The notes beneath the pieces are model-generated. The model had not been told where the DNA came from. It searched no databases and saw nothing but the letters and a program-made list of their open reading frames with translations. Both the position numbers and the translations under genes were made by a program. Positions 56,095 to 64,000 of a stretch of DNA of 64,000 nt are shown here, in pieces (the first letter of the stretch is position 1; each line of letters opens with the position of its first letter). The stretch is from Paludibacteraceae bacterium (GTDB taxonomy: Bacteria > Bacteroidota > Bacteroidia > Bacteroidales > Paludibacteraceae), in NCBI GenBank assembly GCA_017391525.1, contig JAFOYE010000012.1, positions 1-64,000 of the forward strand, written 5' to 3'.

Positions 56095-57096
56095 CTATTT
56101 CTCTTTATATACCCATCGTAGGTTGTCTACCCAGAGTGTGTTACCTTCGTGTGCTCGGAAAGGACCGGAATTGCTGGATGAGATATACATAACAACGTGT
56201 GTGGGTTCGTCTAGACTCCATCCTACTTCCTCTACTTCTACCATATCACCTTGAGAATTGCGGGACATCATTCTCGTTTGATTGAGGTCCTCATATTCAT
56301 GGAAATCAGGTGAGTCGGTGATATTACCCCAACGAATAGGAATTTGATGATTGTTGATCCATTCGGGTATTGATTGACTGATAATCTCGTATGCGGTACC
56401 TACACGGCGTGCGTATATCTTGCCAGTCTTCTTGTCTTCCCAACGATATTGTAGATAGACGTATATGACAGCACAATCATGACCCTCTACCTCCTCAATC
56501 TTGTTGTTGACAGTAGTGGTAATGACATTAGATTCTGATATTTTAGCCTTGTAGTCCAACATCAACGCAATAGGATGTTTGTCAAATGGCACGCCAAAAT
56601 CAATAGCAGTATATGGGCGTGTTTTGGCTAGCAAACCAAGTGGTTCAACAGCGTGTCCCATATAAATGGTACCCGATACCATTGCATCAATTTTCACTAG
56701 ATCAATATGTGAGATGACATTGGTCAATTTACAGCAGTAACCTTTGCCTCTTTTTTCTGGACAGACAGAACCAGCAGTAGCAGTCTCAATGCCCATGAAT
56801 CGAGCATAGGTGTCGCTACTTCCCCATGGGTTATCTGGTGCAGCAACGTATGCACCGTTGGTACGAATAGTATCGTTGGCACCAAGGGTGTATAGCACTT
56901 TGGTCTTACCTCCTAGGAGTTTGGATTCTTTTATATGGCGTACTATCCATTGGTTCATATTACCAAATGCGATAGGTTCTACACGCTCTTTTGCTACGAT
57001 AGAGTCAGTAGTACACCATATTGCTAGCGATAGGAAAAGTGTACGACATATGATGTAATGTCGCACACTCAGTCTATGTAGGGAATCAAGTTGCAT
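56095..57096 (-). CDS. hypothetical lipoprotein, possibly PCMD (putative carbohydrate metabolism domain) family
   Basis: Lipobox FLSLAIWC. The C-terminal ...GNTLWVDNLRWVY pattern is recalled from PCMD-domain proteins. The assignment is tentative. Confidence 0.4.
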   Translation of the reverse strand: MQLDSLHRLSVRHYIICRTLFLSLAIWCTTDSIVAKERVEPIAFGNMNQWIVRHIKESKLLGGKTKVLYTLGANDTIRTNGAYVAAPDNPWGSSDTYARFMGIETATAGSVCPEKRGKGYCCKLTNVISHIDLVKIDAMVSGTIYMGHAVEPLGLLAKTRPYTAIDFGVPFDKHPIALMLDYKAKISESNVITTTVNNKIEEVEGHDCAVIYVYLQYRWEDKKTGKIYARRVGTAYEIISQSIPEWINNHQIPIRWGNITDSPDFHEYEDLNQTRMMSRNSQGDMVEVEEVGWSLDEPTHVVMYISSSNSGPFRAHEGNTLWVDNLRWVYKEK

Positions 57097-57101
57097 AGGA
57101 A

Positions 57102-57809
57102 TTATAGCAAGCTAAAAGCAACGTCCATCATGTGGGTGAAACTGTTCTGACGTTGTTCTGCTGTGGTAGATTCTCCTGTAAGGATATGATCAGAAACGGT
57201 GCATATCACTAATGCTTTATTACCAGAGCGTGCAGCGTTCATATATAGTGCAGGAGCCTCCATCTCTACGGCAAGGACACCCATGTTCATCCATTTGTCA
57301 TTGTGGGCGTTCTCGGTATAGAAAGTGTCGGATGAGAATACGTTGCCCACTTTGTAGTTATAGCCAAACTTTTCAGCAGCTTCTGCTGCACGGCGGCAGA
57401 GATCGAAGTCAGCGATAGGAGCATAGGTGCCTGGTAACTCATATTGCATCGCATAATTACTATTGGTGCAAGCACCCATAGCAATCACTAGATCGCCTAC
57501 CTTAAGATCATGATTGATGCTACCGCAACTACCTACGCGGATGATGTTTTTCACCCCGTAGAAGTTGTATAACTCATAGGTGTAAATACCAATAGAAGGA
57601 ATACCCATACCATGACCCATCACGCTGACTGGTTTGCCATTGTGTGTGCCAGTAAAACCTAGCATACCGCGAACATTATTGAACTGTACTGGGTTTTCCA
57701 GATATTTCTCTGCCATCATCTTTGCACGTAGTGGATCACCTGCCATGATGACTGTCTCGGCGATTTCGCCAAATTTAGCCCCAATGTGGGGAGTAGGTGT
57801 TGTGTTCAT
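57102..57809 (-). CDS. deoD: purine nucleoside phosphorylase, DeoD type
   Basis: 235 aa. Contains MGHGMGIPS and VGSCGS motifs. Confidence 0.9.
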   Translation of the reverse strand: MNTTPTPHIGAKFGEIAETVIMAGDPLRAKMMAEKYLENPVQFNNVRGMLGFTGTHNGKPVSVMGHGMGIPSIGIYTYELYNFYGVKNIIRVGSCGSINHDLKVGDLVIAMGACTNSNYAMQYELPGTYAPIADFDLCRRAAEAAEKFGYNYKVGNVFSSDTFYTENAHNDKWMNMGVLAVEMEAPALYMNAARSGNKALVICTVSDHILTGESTTAEQRQNSFTHMMDVAFSLL

Positions 57810-57816
57810 AGTTTAA

Positions 57817-59007
57817 TTATTTTAGAGTTTTATTAATATGCTTGATACTAGTTGGAAAGAAAATAGTGATAAGTACCGTTACTCCCAACAGCATCGGATA
57901 AAACAAGAAAGGTACGATATCGAGTGCTGATATGCTAGCTATACCGCTTGCCATCAGCAGTTGTGCACCATAAGGTATCAGTCCTTGCACGGTACAAGAT
58001 GTGGTGTCTAGTAATGAAGCAGTACGCCGCGCATCGATATTAAAACGCTTAGCAATATTTTTGGCTATATCGCCTACACTAAGGATGGCCACGGTGTTGT
58101 TGGCTGTAGCCATATTAGCTAAGGCGACAGTAGCGCAGATACTGAGTTCGGCCCCTTTGCGTGTACGCACTTTGCTTTTGATAAAGTCTACAATGCGTTG
58201 CATAACACCTTGGTAGGTGATGAGGGCAAAGATACCACCTGCCATCATAGATATTAATATCAATTCACCCATGCCAGTTACACCTGCTGTCAGGCTTTCA
58301 ACCCACACTATAAAATTATAACTACCGTCAGCTATACCCACTACACCTGTTAGCAAGATGCCTATGAGTATTACGATCATTACATTCATACCGCAGGTAG
58401 CTAGTATGAGTACGGCAGCATATGGTATGATTTTCCACCACATTACTTGACCGATAACTACTTCGCTAGTGCTGCTACCCATCACTAGGTATGTTATTGC
58501 TACTATTATAGCTGCCGGTAGAACCATAAAGAAGTTAAACTTGAACTTGTCTTTAGGTTTACAGCCTTGTGATTGTGTCGCTACAATAGTGGTGTCGGAT
58601 ATAAAACTCAAATTGTCGCCAAAGAAAGCACCACTAACGATGCTTGCCGTCATTAGAGCTACGGACATATCCGTTTTGTCGGCTAGTGTGGCTGCTATAG
58701 GGACGAGTGCAACGATAGTTCCTACGCTTGTACCCATACATAGCGATACGATGCAGGATGATGTGAATAAGCCGGCCAACAAAAACTGCGTAGGAAGTAG
58801 TTTAAGCGTCAGGTTTACTGTCGCATCAACTGCTCCCATAGCTTTGGCAGAGGAAGCAAAAGCTCCTGCTAGAATAAATATCCATACCATCAAGAGCATA
58901 TCTTTATGGCCAGCTCCTTTGGAAAATTCCGTGATGCGGTCCGATAGTTTTAATCCTCTTGTTAATAGGATAGCAATGATTGATATGGCGATGAAAATGA
59001 CAAGCAT
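57817..59007 (-). CDS. NhaC-family Na+/H+ antiporter-like membrane transporter
   Basis: Polytopic membrane protein with NhaC-like repeats. It is only 396 aa, so the N-terminus may be misassigned. Confidence 0.5.
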   Translation of the reverse strand: MLVIFIAISIIAILLTRGLKLSDRITEFSKGAGHKDMLLMVWIFILAGAFASSAKAMGAVDATVNLTLKLLPTQFLLAGLFTSSCIVSLCMGTSVGTIVALVPIAATLADKTDMSVALMTASIVSGAFFGDNLSFISDTTIVATQSQGCKPKDKFKFNFFMVLPAAIIVAITYLVMGSSTSEVVIGQVMWWKIIPYAAVLILATCGMNVMIVILIGILLTGVVGIADGSYNFIVWVESLTAGVTGMGELILISMMAGGIFALITYQGVMQRIVDFIKSKVRTRKGAELSICATVALANMATANNTVAILSVGDIAKNIAKRFNIDARRTASLLDTTSCTVQGLIPYGAQLLMASGIASISALDIVPFLFYPMLLGVTVLITIFFPTSIKHINKTLK

Positions 59008-59040
59008 TTTGGTAGTTTAGCTGTTTATCAGTTTAGTAGT

Positions 59041-60939
59041 TTAGAGAGAAGCGATATTCTTTTCGTTGAAGAGTTCTTTGCCTTCTAGGGTATAGGCGTA
59101 CTCAATACGGTCAGCATAGTATTCCTCCACTTTGCCACGAACGATTTTCATGGTAGAGTTGACCATGTGGTTTTGCTCGGTAAATGCTTCTGGCAATACG
59201 GCAATAGCTTTAGGTAACCATTGTTCAGGGAACATACCTGCATACTTGCCATTCTTATACTCGTTCACTTCGTCTTGTATCTTTTGCAGCATGGCCTTTT
59301 TACCTTCTTCAGTGGCAGGGTCAATACCTTGAGACATGACGTGCTCCTTCAATGCATCTTTGTTAGACACAATGAGCACAATCGTATAAGGGTCTTGATT
59401 GTTGTGCAGAATAACCTGTTCGATATACTTACTGCTGTCGGTCAAACTATCTTCATAGCCCTCTGGGCTGTATTTCTCTCCATCTGCACTGATGAGCAAT
59501 GATTTGAAACGACCAACCACCCACAAGTATCCAGGGTGTTTGTCGGTCACATATCCCATATCACCGGTGTGTAGCCATCCATCTACTACGGTCTTGGCTG
59601 TGGATTCAGGATTCTTCCAATAACCAGCCATCACGTTCTCACCTTTGATGACGATTTCACCTTTTTCTCCATTAGGAACCTCATTACCATCGCCGTCGCA
59701 GATCTTCAACTCTAATGGAGAAACGATTCGTCCACTAGAACCGAATACGGCATGTCCCATTGAATTTGCACAAATGATAGGAGTTGCCTCGCTTAGACCA
59801 TAGCCTTGAAACATAGGCATACCTACTGCGCAGAAGTATCGTTGTAGTTCAATATCTAGCAATGCTCCACCACCCACGAAGAAGCGCATTCTTCCTCCGA
59901 AACCTTCTCGTACTGCTTTGAAAATAATCTTGTCAAATAGTTTGACTAGTGGCCAGCGCCATGATTGCCAACCACCGCGATTCCAATACTCTTTGTAGTA
60001 CTTGATGGCGTTGTTGAGGGCAAAGTTATATAATTTCTCAACGGTCTTACCTTTGGCTTTGATATTGGTTTCGATGCTTTTGCGGAAGTTACGCGCTAGA
60101 GCAGGTACAGACAACAATAGCATAGGTTTAACCTCTTTGATAGCTATTGGTATGTTCTTGAGGGTAGCTATGGCAGTTTTGCCGATAGGTACAGTGGCTA
60201 TACTACCTCCGTAGAACATCATGGTGTAGAATCCAGCTACGTGTGCGAAACAGTGATCAAGAGGTAAAATAATCAGCATAACGTCGTGCTTTTTACATTG
60301 TATGACACTGCTACCTTGCTCCACGTTGGCCGTGTAGTTGCGGTGGGTGAGTAGGATACCCTTAGGATCGGCTGTTGTTCCAGATGTATAACTGATGTTC
60401 GCATAATCATCTGGACCAATGGATTCATAAAGAGCTTTAAACTCATCTGCATGTTCTTGCAAATATGTCTCACCCATAGCAATAACTTTAGAGATAGGAA
60501 TTTCGTTTTCTCTATATTCTGCTATTGAATCTAAAACTATTACTTTTTCCACTAATGGGCATTGGTCAATAATATTATGGATCTTAGGCAATTGTTGTTC
60601 GCTTACAATCACATAACGAGACTCCGAATGTTGGATACGGAAGAGCAAATCCGTAGCTTCCGTTAACTTGATGCTGAGTGGTACGTTGACACCACCAGCA
60701 TATAGAATGCCAAGCTCACTAGTAATCCATAAGTTACGTCCTTGTGATAGGAGTGACACTTTATCGCCTTTTTTTAATCCTAACACATGTAAACCCGCAG
60801 CTATTTTGTATGCTTCTTCGCGTGTTTGTCCAAAACTGGTTTCGGTCCACACATTTCCTATTTTCTCGCGAAGAAAAGTTAAGTCATTAAATTCGCGTGT
60901 GTACTTTTCGACAAAGTCGATAATAGTCATACGTTTCAT
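59041..60939 (-). CDS. long-chain fatty-acid--CoA ligase (AMP-binding enzyme)
   Basis: AMP-binding motif YTSGTTADPKGILLTHRNY and the C-terminal GWLHTGDMGY...GR.K motifs. Confidence 0.85.
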   Translation of the reverse strand: MKRMTIIDFVEKYTREFNDLTFLREKIGNVWTETSFGQTREEAYKIAAGLHVLGLKKGDKVSLLSQGRNLWITSELGILYAGGVNVPLSIKLTEATDLLFRIQHSESRYVIVSEQQLPKIHNIIDQCPLVEKVIVLDSIAEYRENEIPISKVIAMGETYLQEHADEFKALYESIGPDDYANISYTSGTTADPKGILLTHRNYTANVEQGSSVIQCKKHDVMLIILPLDHCFAHVAGFYTMMFYGGSIATVPIGKTAIATLKNIPIAIKEVKPMLLLSVPALARNFRKSIETNIKAKGKTVEKLYNFALNNAIKYYKEYWNRGGWQSWRWPLVKLFDKIIFKAVREGFGGRMRFFVGGGALLDIELQRYFCAVGMPMFQGYGLSEATPIICANSMGHAVFGSSGRIVSPLELKICDGDGNEVPNGEKGEIVIKGENVMAGYWKNPESTAKTVVDGWLHTGDMGYVTDKHPGYLWVVGRFKSLLISADGEKYSPEGYEDSLTDSSKYIEQVILHNNQDPYTIVLIVSNKDALKEHVMSQGIDPATEEGKKAMLQKIQDEVNEYKNGKYAGMFPEQWLPKAIAVLPEAFTEQNHMVNSTMKIVRGKVEEYYADRIEYAYTLEGKELFNEKNIASL

Positions 60940-60950
60940 GATGGTTGTGT

Positions 60951-61811
60951 TTATACTAATGTTTTGATTAGGTTTTCTTTATTTCCTGGCAATAAGTCTA
61001 TTGGTGCTAACTCTATCATGGTGTATGCACCATAGCGTTCTGCCTGTTTCATTCGTATTGCTGCCCTTGCACATGATACCATGATTTGAGCGGTAAGTGC
61101 AGGGTTGTTAATAGTCATATTAAATTCAAATCGTTGATTGTGTGTACTACCAGAAACACCACTACGTACTAGGTTCACGCCGTGTGCTACATTGTTGAGT
61201 GCTTCTACGTCATCCACTACAATCATATGTGTCTCGTCGTGTGCAAAATAATCGTCAGCTAATAGCTTTTGCCCTACTACAGCAGCATCAGCACCTTCTT
61301 CAAGCTCTACGTATACCATACGACGATGCACACCAGTTCCCAATGGAATGGTCATTGATAATGCGTTCTTGATACCATCGATAGCTTTAGCTGCTACCGT
61401 ATGCCCCATTGAACGACCAGGACCAAAATTGGTATAAGTAATGCCTTGAGGAGCCATAGCTAAGAGCAAAGCACGTACTACAGAGTCGCTACCTGGATCC
61501 CAACCTGCAGCTATCACGCTGACCGCTTTGTGGGTTTGAGCAGCTATACCAAGGGAATCGCGTAAAGCTAAAATTTGATTGTGTATATCAAATGAATCCA
61601 CGGTACAAATACCCTTTTCTAGAAGTTGAAGGGCAAATTTCTCTACCTCACGAGTTGGGGTACACAATAATACCGCGTCTGCTTGGATCGCTTCTAAAGA
61701 ATCATTGTGGTGATAAATACCCACCAACTCCATATCTGGAGCAGCGATAATGGCCTGCTCTACGGCGCGACCAATATTTCCATAACCGATTAATGCTATA
61801 CGATAAGCCAT
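60951..61811 (-). CDS. ddh: meso-diaminopimelate D-dehydrogenase
   Basis: IALIGYGNIGRAVE, AAGWDPGSDS, FGPGRSMGHTVA and RAAIRMKQAERYGAYTMIELAP are co-linear with the Corynebacterium Ddh motifs. Confidence 0.8.
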   Translation of the reverse strand: MAYRIALIGYGNIGRAVEQAIIAAPDMELVGIYHHNDSLEAIQADAVLLCTPTREVEKFALQLLEKGICTVDSFDIHNQILALRDSLGIAAQTHKAVSVIAAGWDPGSDSVVRALLLAMAPQGITYTNFGPGRSMGHTVAAKAIDGIKNALSMTIPLGTGVHRRMVYVELEEGADAAVVGQKLLADDYFAHDETHMIVVDDVEALNNVAHGVNLVRSGVSGSTHNQRFEFNMTINNPALTAQIMVSCARAAIRMKQAERYGAYTMIELAPIDLLPGNKENLIKTLV

Positions 61812-61922
61812 ACTAACTCAATTTAGGCTGCAAAAGTACAAAAAATAATGTAAATATGCAAGTTTTGTAAAATATTTTTACAAATATATACAAAAAGCGA
61901 ACTCCATAAGGAATTCGCTCAG

Positions 61923-61993
61923 TTGCCAAACTAGGACTCGAACCCAGACAGACAGAACCAGAATCTGTAGTGCTACCATTACACCATTTGGCA
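61923..61993 (-). tRNA. tRNA-Gln (anticodon CTG)
   Basis: On the minus strand the molecule reads TGCCAAA-TG-GTGT-AATGGTA-GCAC-T-ACAGA-TTCTGGT-TCTGT-CTGT-CTGGG-TTCGAGT-CCTAG-TTTGGCA-A. It has the Gln-typical U1:A72 pair. Confidence 0.8.
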
Positions 61994-62094
61994 ATCAATT
62001 ATGCTAGTCTCTTGTAAAACCGACTGCAAAGGTACTGCTTTTTTACGAAACTACCAAATATTTTTGAAAAATAACATTTCCCGATGTGGTCTCA

Positions 62095-62838
62095 TTATCC
62101 CATTGCTCCGTTGACAGGTATCACTTGTCCTGATACATAGCTAGACATTTCTGAAGCTAAGAATAGCGCTACTTGTGCCACTTCCTGTGCTTCACCACAG
62201 CGTCGCATAGGGATGGTTTTTATCATCTCTGCACGGGCAACTTCAGGGAGTGCCATTGTCATATCTGTATTGATGAAACCAGGTGCAATAGCATTGGCAC
62301 GTATGTTGCGAGCACCTAATTCTTTGCTCAATGATTTGATGAATCCGATTATGCCTGCTTTAGATGCGGCGTAGTTAGCCTGTCCAGCATTACCTGCCAC
62401 GCCAACGATGGATGACATAGCTATGATGCTTCCACTACGTTGTTGCATCATTTGTCTAGCTGCCGCGTGGCAATAATTGAATACAGATTTGAGGTTGGTG
62501 CTCAATACATCATCCCATTGTTGCTCGCTCATACGCATGAGCAATGTGTCGCGGGTGATACCAGCATTACATACGAGGATATCTAGTTTGCCAAATTGGT
62601 TGATGACATGTTGAACGACCTCGTGGGCTGCGTCAAAGTTGGAAGCATCACTCTTGATGGATAATGCTTTGACATTTTTGCTTTCAATGAGTTTTGCAAG
62701 GTCTTGAGCTTCCTTTTCCTCATTAATATATGTATATGCAATATTGCATCCGTTTTCTGCAAATAGTAGTGCAATAGCACGACCAATACCTCGTGATGCT
62801 CCTGTGATAAGAGCTATTTTGCCTTCTAAATTAGTCAT
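62095..62838 (-). CDS. fabG: 3-oxoacyl-[ACP] reductase FabG
   Basis: GKIALITGASRGIGRAIA, NAG and YxxxK short-chain dehydrogenase motifs. Confidence 0.85.
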   Translation of the reverse strand: MTNLEGKIALITGASRGIGRAIALLFAENGCNIAYTYINEEKEAQDLAKLIESKNVKALSIKSDASNFDAAHEVVQHVINQFGKLDILVCNAGITRDTLLMRMSEQQWDDVLSTNLKSVFNYCHAAARQMMQQRSGSIIAMSSIVGVAGNAGQANYAASKAGIIGFIKSLSKELGARNIRANAIAPGFINTDMTMALPEVARAEMIKTIPMRRCGEAQEVAQVALFLASEMSSYVSGQVIPVNGAMG

Positions 62839-62856
62839 AAGTTGTATCGTGAAAGA

Positions 62857-64000
62857 TTATTTAAGGTATTTATTCAACCATGCAGCGAAAGTTCTTTGCC
62901 ATAGGATACCATTTTGTGGTTTAAGTACCCAATGGTTTTCGTCAGGGAAGATGAGAAGTTGTGCTTCTACTCCTCGCATTTTAGCCGCATCAAAAGCTGC
63001 CATACTTTGGTTGGCAAGAATGCGGTAATCTTTTTCTCCATGTATACAAAGTATAGGTGTATCCCATTGGTCTACAAAGAGATGTGGAGAGTTCGCGAAA
63101 GTATTTTGCGCAATGGTGTTATCTTTGTCCCAATACGCGCCTCCCATATCCCAATTAGCGAACCATTTTTCTTCGGTCTCAAGGTATTGCATCTCCATAT
63201 TGAAAATACCATCGTGCGCAATGAATGCTTTGAAACGTTTGTCGTGGTGTCCTGCTAACCAATATACGCTGAAACCTCCGAAAGATGCTCCCACACAACC
63301 TAATCGATCTTTATCCACATAAGACTCGCTAGCTACAAACTCGTCAATAGCGGCTAGGTAATCTTTCATACATTGACCTCCGTAGTCACCGCTGATTTGT
63401 TCATTCCATTCGTTGCCGAAACCAGGTAATCCTCGACGGTTAGGAGCTACTATAATGTAGTCATTGGCTGACATCATCATGAAGTTCCATCTAAAACTCC
63501 AGAATTGGCTTACAGGAGATTGTGGACCACCTTCGCAGTAGAGCAAGGTAGGGTACTTCTTGTTAGGATCGAAGTGAGGTGGATAGATAATCCATGTGAG
63601 CATTTGTTTTCCATCGCTGGTTGTTTGCCAACGTGGTACTACGGTTCCCATTTCGATTTGAGAGTAGATGTTATTATTCTCGTCTGTGAGTTGCTGAATT
63701 TTTGATGTTTGTGCCAATGGAGTTTTTATTTGACCTACAGTCTGGCATGTTTTGCTTTTCTTGCCTGTTGAAGAGAAACTATATATTTCGTTTGCTTCTC
63801 TCATAGAATGTCTCAAGCAGTAGTATGTACTACCGATATTGCCACCTGGAACATAGTCATATTGTCCAGTGGTTAAACAAGTGCATTTACCTTGAATATT
63901 GATTTCGTATAACATGGAAGTGCCGTGCCATACTGCGCTGAATACGAGCGAGTTGTTGTTTTTCCAATAGTAGGAATCAACATTGGTTTCTAAGCCTTGT
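62857..64000 (-). CDS. S9-family (prolyl oligopeptidase / dipeptidyl peptidase) serine peptidase, C-terminal part; the gene continues past the window end
   Basis: Catalytic-domain motifs GASFGGF (nucleophile elbow), the DPNKKYP...GGPQS hinge, and DxxV...H at the C-terminus. The frame is open to 64000. Confidence 0.7.
   Translation of the reverse strand, partial: QGLETNVDSYYWKNNNSLVFSAVWHGTSMLYEINIQGKCTCLTTGQYDYVPGGNIGSTYYCLRHSMREANEIYSFSSTGKKSKTCQTVGQIKTPLAQTSKIQQLTDENNNIYSQIEMGTVVPRWQTTSDGKQMLTWIIYPPHFDPNKKYPTLLYCEGGPQSPVSQFWSFRWNFMMMSANDYIIVAPNRRGLPGFGNEWNEQISGDYGGQCMKDYLAAIDEFVASESYVDKDRLGCVGASFGGFSVYWLAGHHDKRFKAFIAHDGIFNMEMQYLETEEKWFANWDMGGAYWDKDNTIAQNTFANSPHLFVDQWDTPILCIHGEKDYRILANQSMAAFDAAKMRGVEAQLLIFPDENHWVLKPQNGILWQRTFAAWLNKYLK

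Noticed and set aside
61813-61998. 61-aa minus-strand ORF
   Set aside because: It is entirely superimposed on tRNA-Gln and its promoter region, so the tRNA explains the sequence.
1-64000. scanned for integrase, transposase, reverse transcriptase (YxDD), relaxase, Cas and rRNA signatures
   Set aside because: None found. The accessory character of several segments is inferred only from repeats, gene-fragment scars and gene content. No recombinase gene is present to name a specific mobile element.

Overview
The window is a Bacteroidales-type chromosome segment of roughly 43–45 % GC. Three things support that placement: recurring -7 promoter boxes of the form TAnnTTTG, several secreted proteins that end in type IX secretion (T9SS) C-terminal sorting domains, and BspA-like leucine-rich-repeat (LRR) surface proteins. 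The coding core is ordinary housekeeping: groES–groEL, rpmB–rpmG–DUF4295, prfA, rsmE, rimP–nusA–infB, rubrerythrin, deoD, fabG, ddh, an acyl-CoA ligase, a PfkB sugar kinase, tRNA-Lys(CTT) and tRNA-Gln(CTG).

Around this core sit accessory-looking patches.
- 1–13.4 kb: two convergent BspA-like LRR genes bracket an AbiEi/AbiEii toxin–antitoxin pair, which is itself flanked by ~147-bp direct repeats. Nearby are a TonB C-terminal remnant with a 65-bp inverted duplication, a lipoprotein gene with an 81-bp tandem duplication, and a degenerate-motif Fic gene flanked by ~100-bp direct repeats.
- A four-helix-bundle (23S rRNA intervening-sequence / Avd-like) gene is inserted between groES and groEL, flanked by GGTCTAACA-type repeats.
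- 41.8–50.2 kb: an 8.4-kb block carrying two paralogous giant T9SS cargo genes (amidase_3-like N-terminus, Listeria-Bacteroides repeats, a G/Q/P-rich linker) lies between the 3' end of a Na/Pi-cotransporter gene and a diverged but synonymous copy of that gene's last 20 codons.

Several dispersed intergenic repeat families recur across the window: purine-rich GGCGAGAGGCGAAAGG / GTTGAAAGTTGAGAG elements, GGTCTAACA elements, CTATAGGACGC elements, and a shared terminator hairpin. No integrase, transposase, reverse transcriptase, CRISPR array or rRNA gene was seen.
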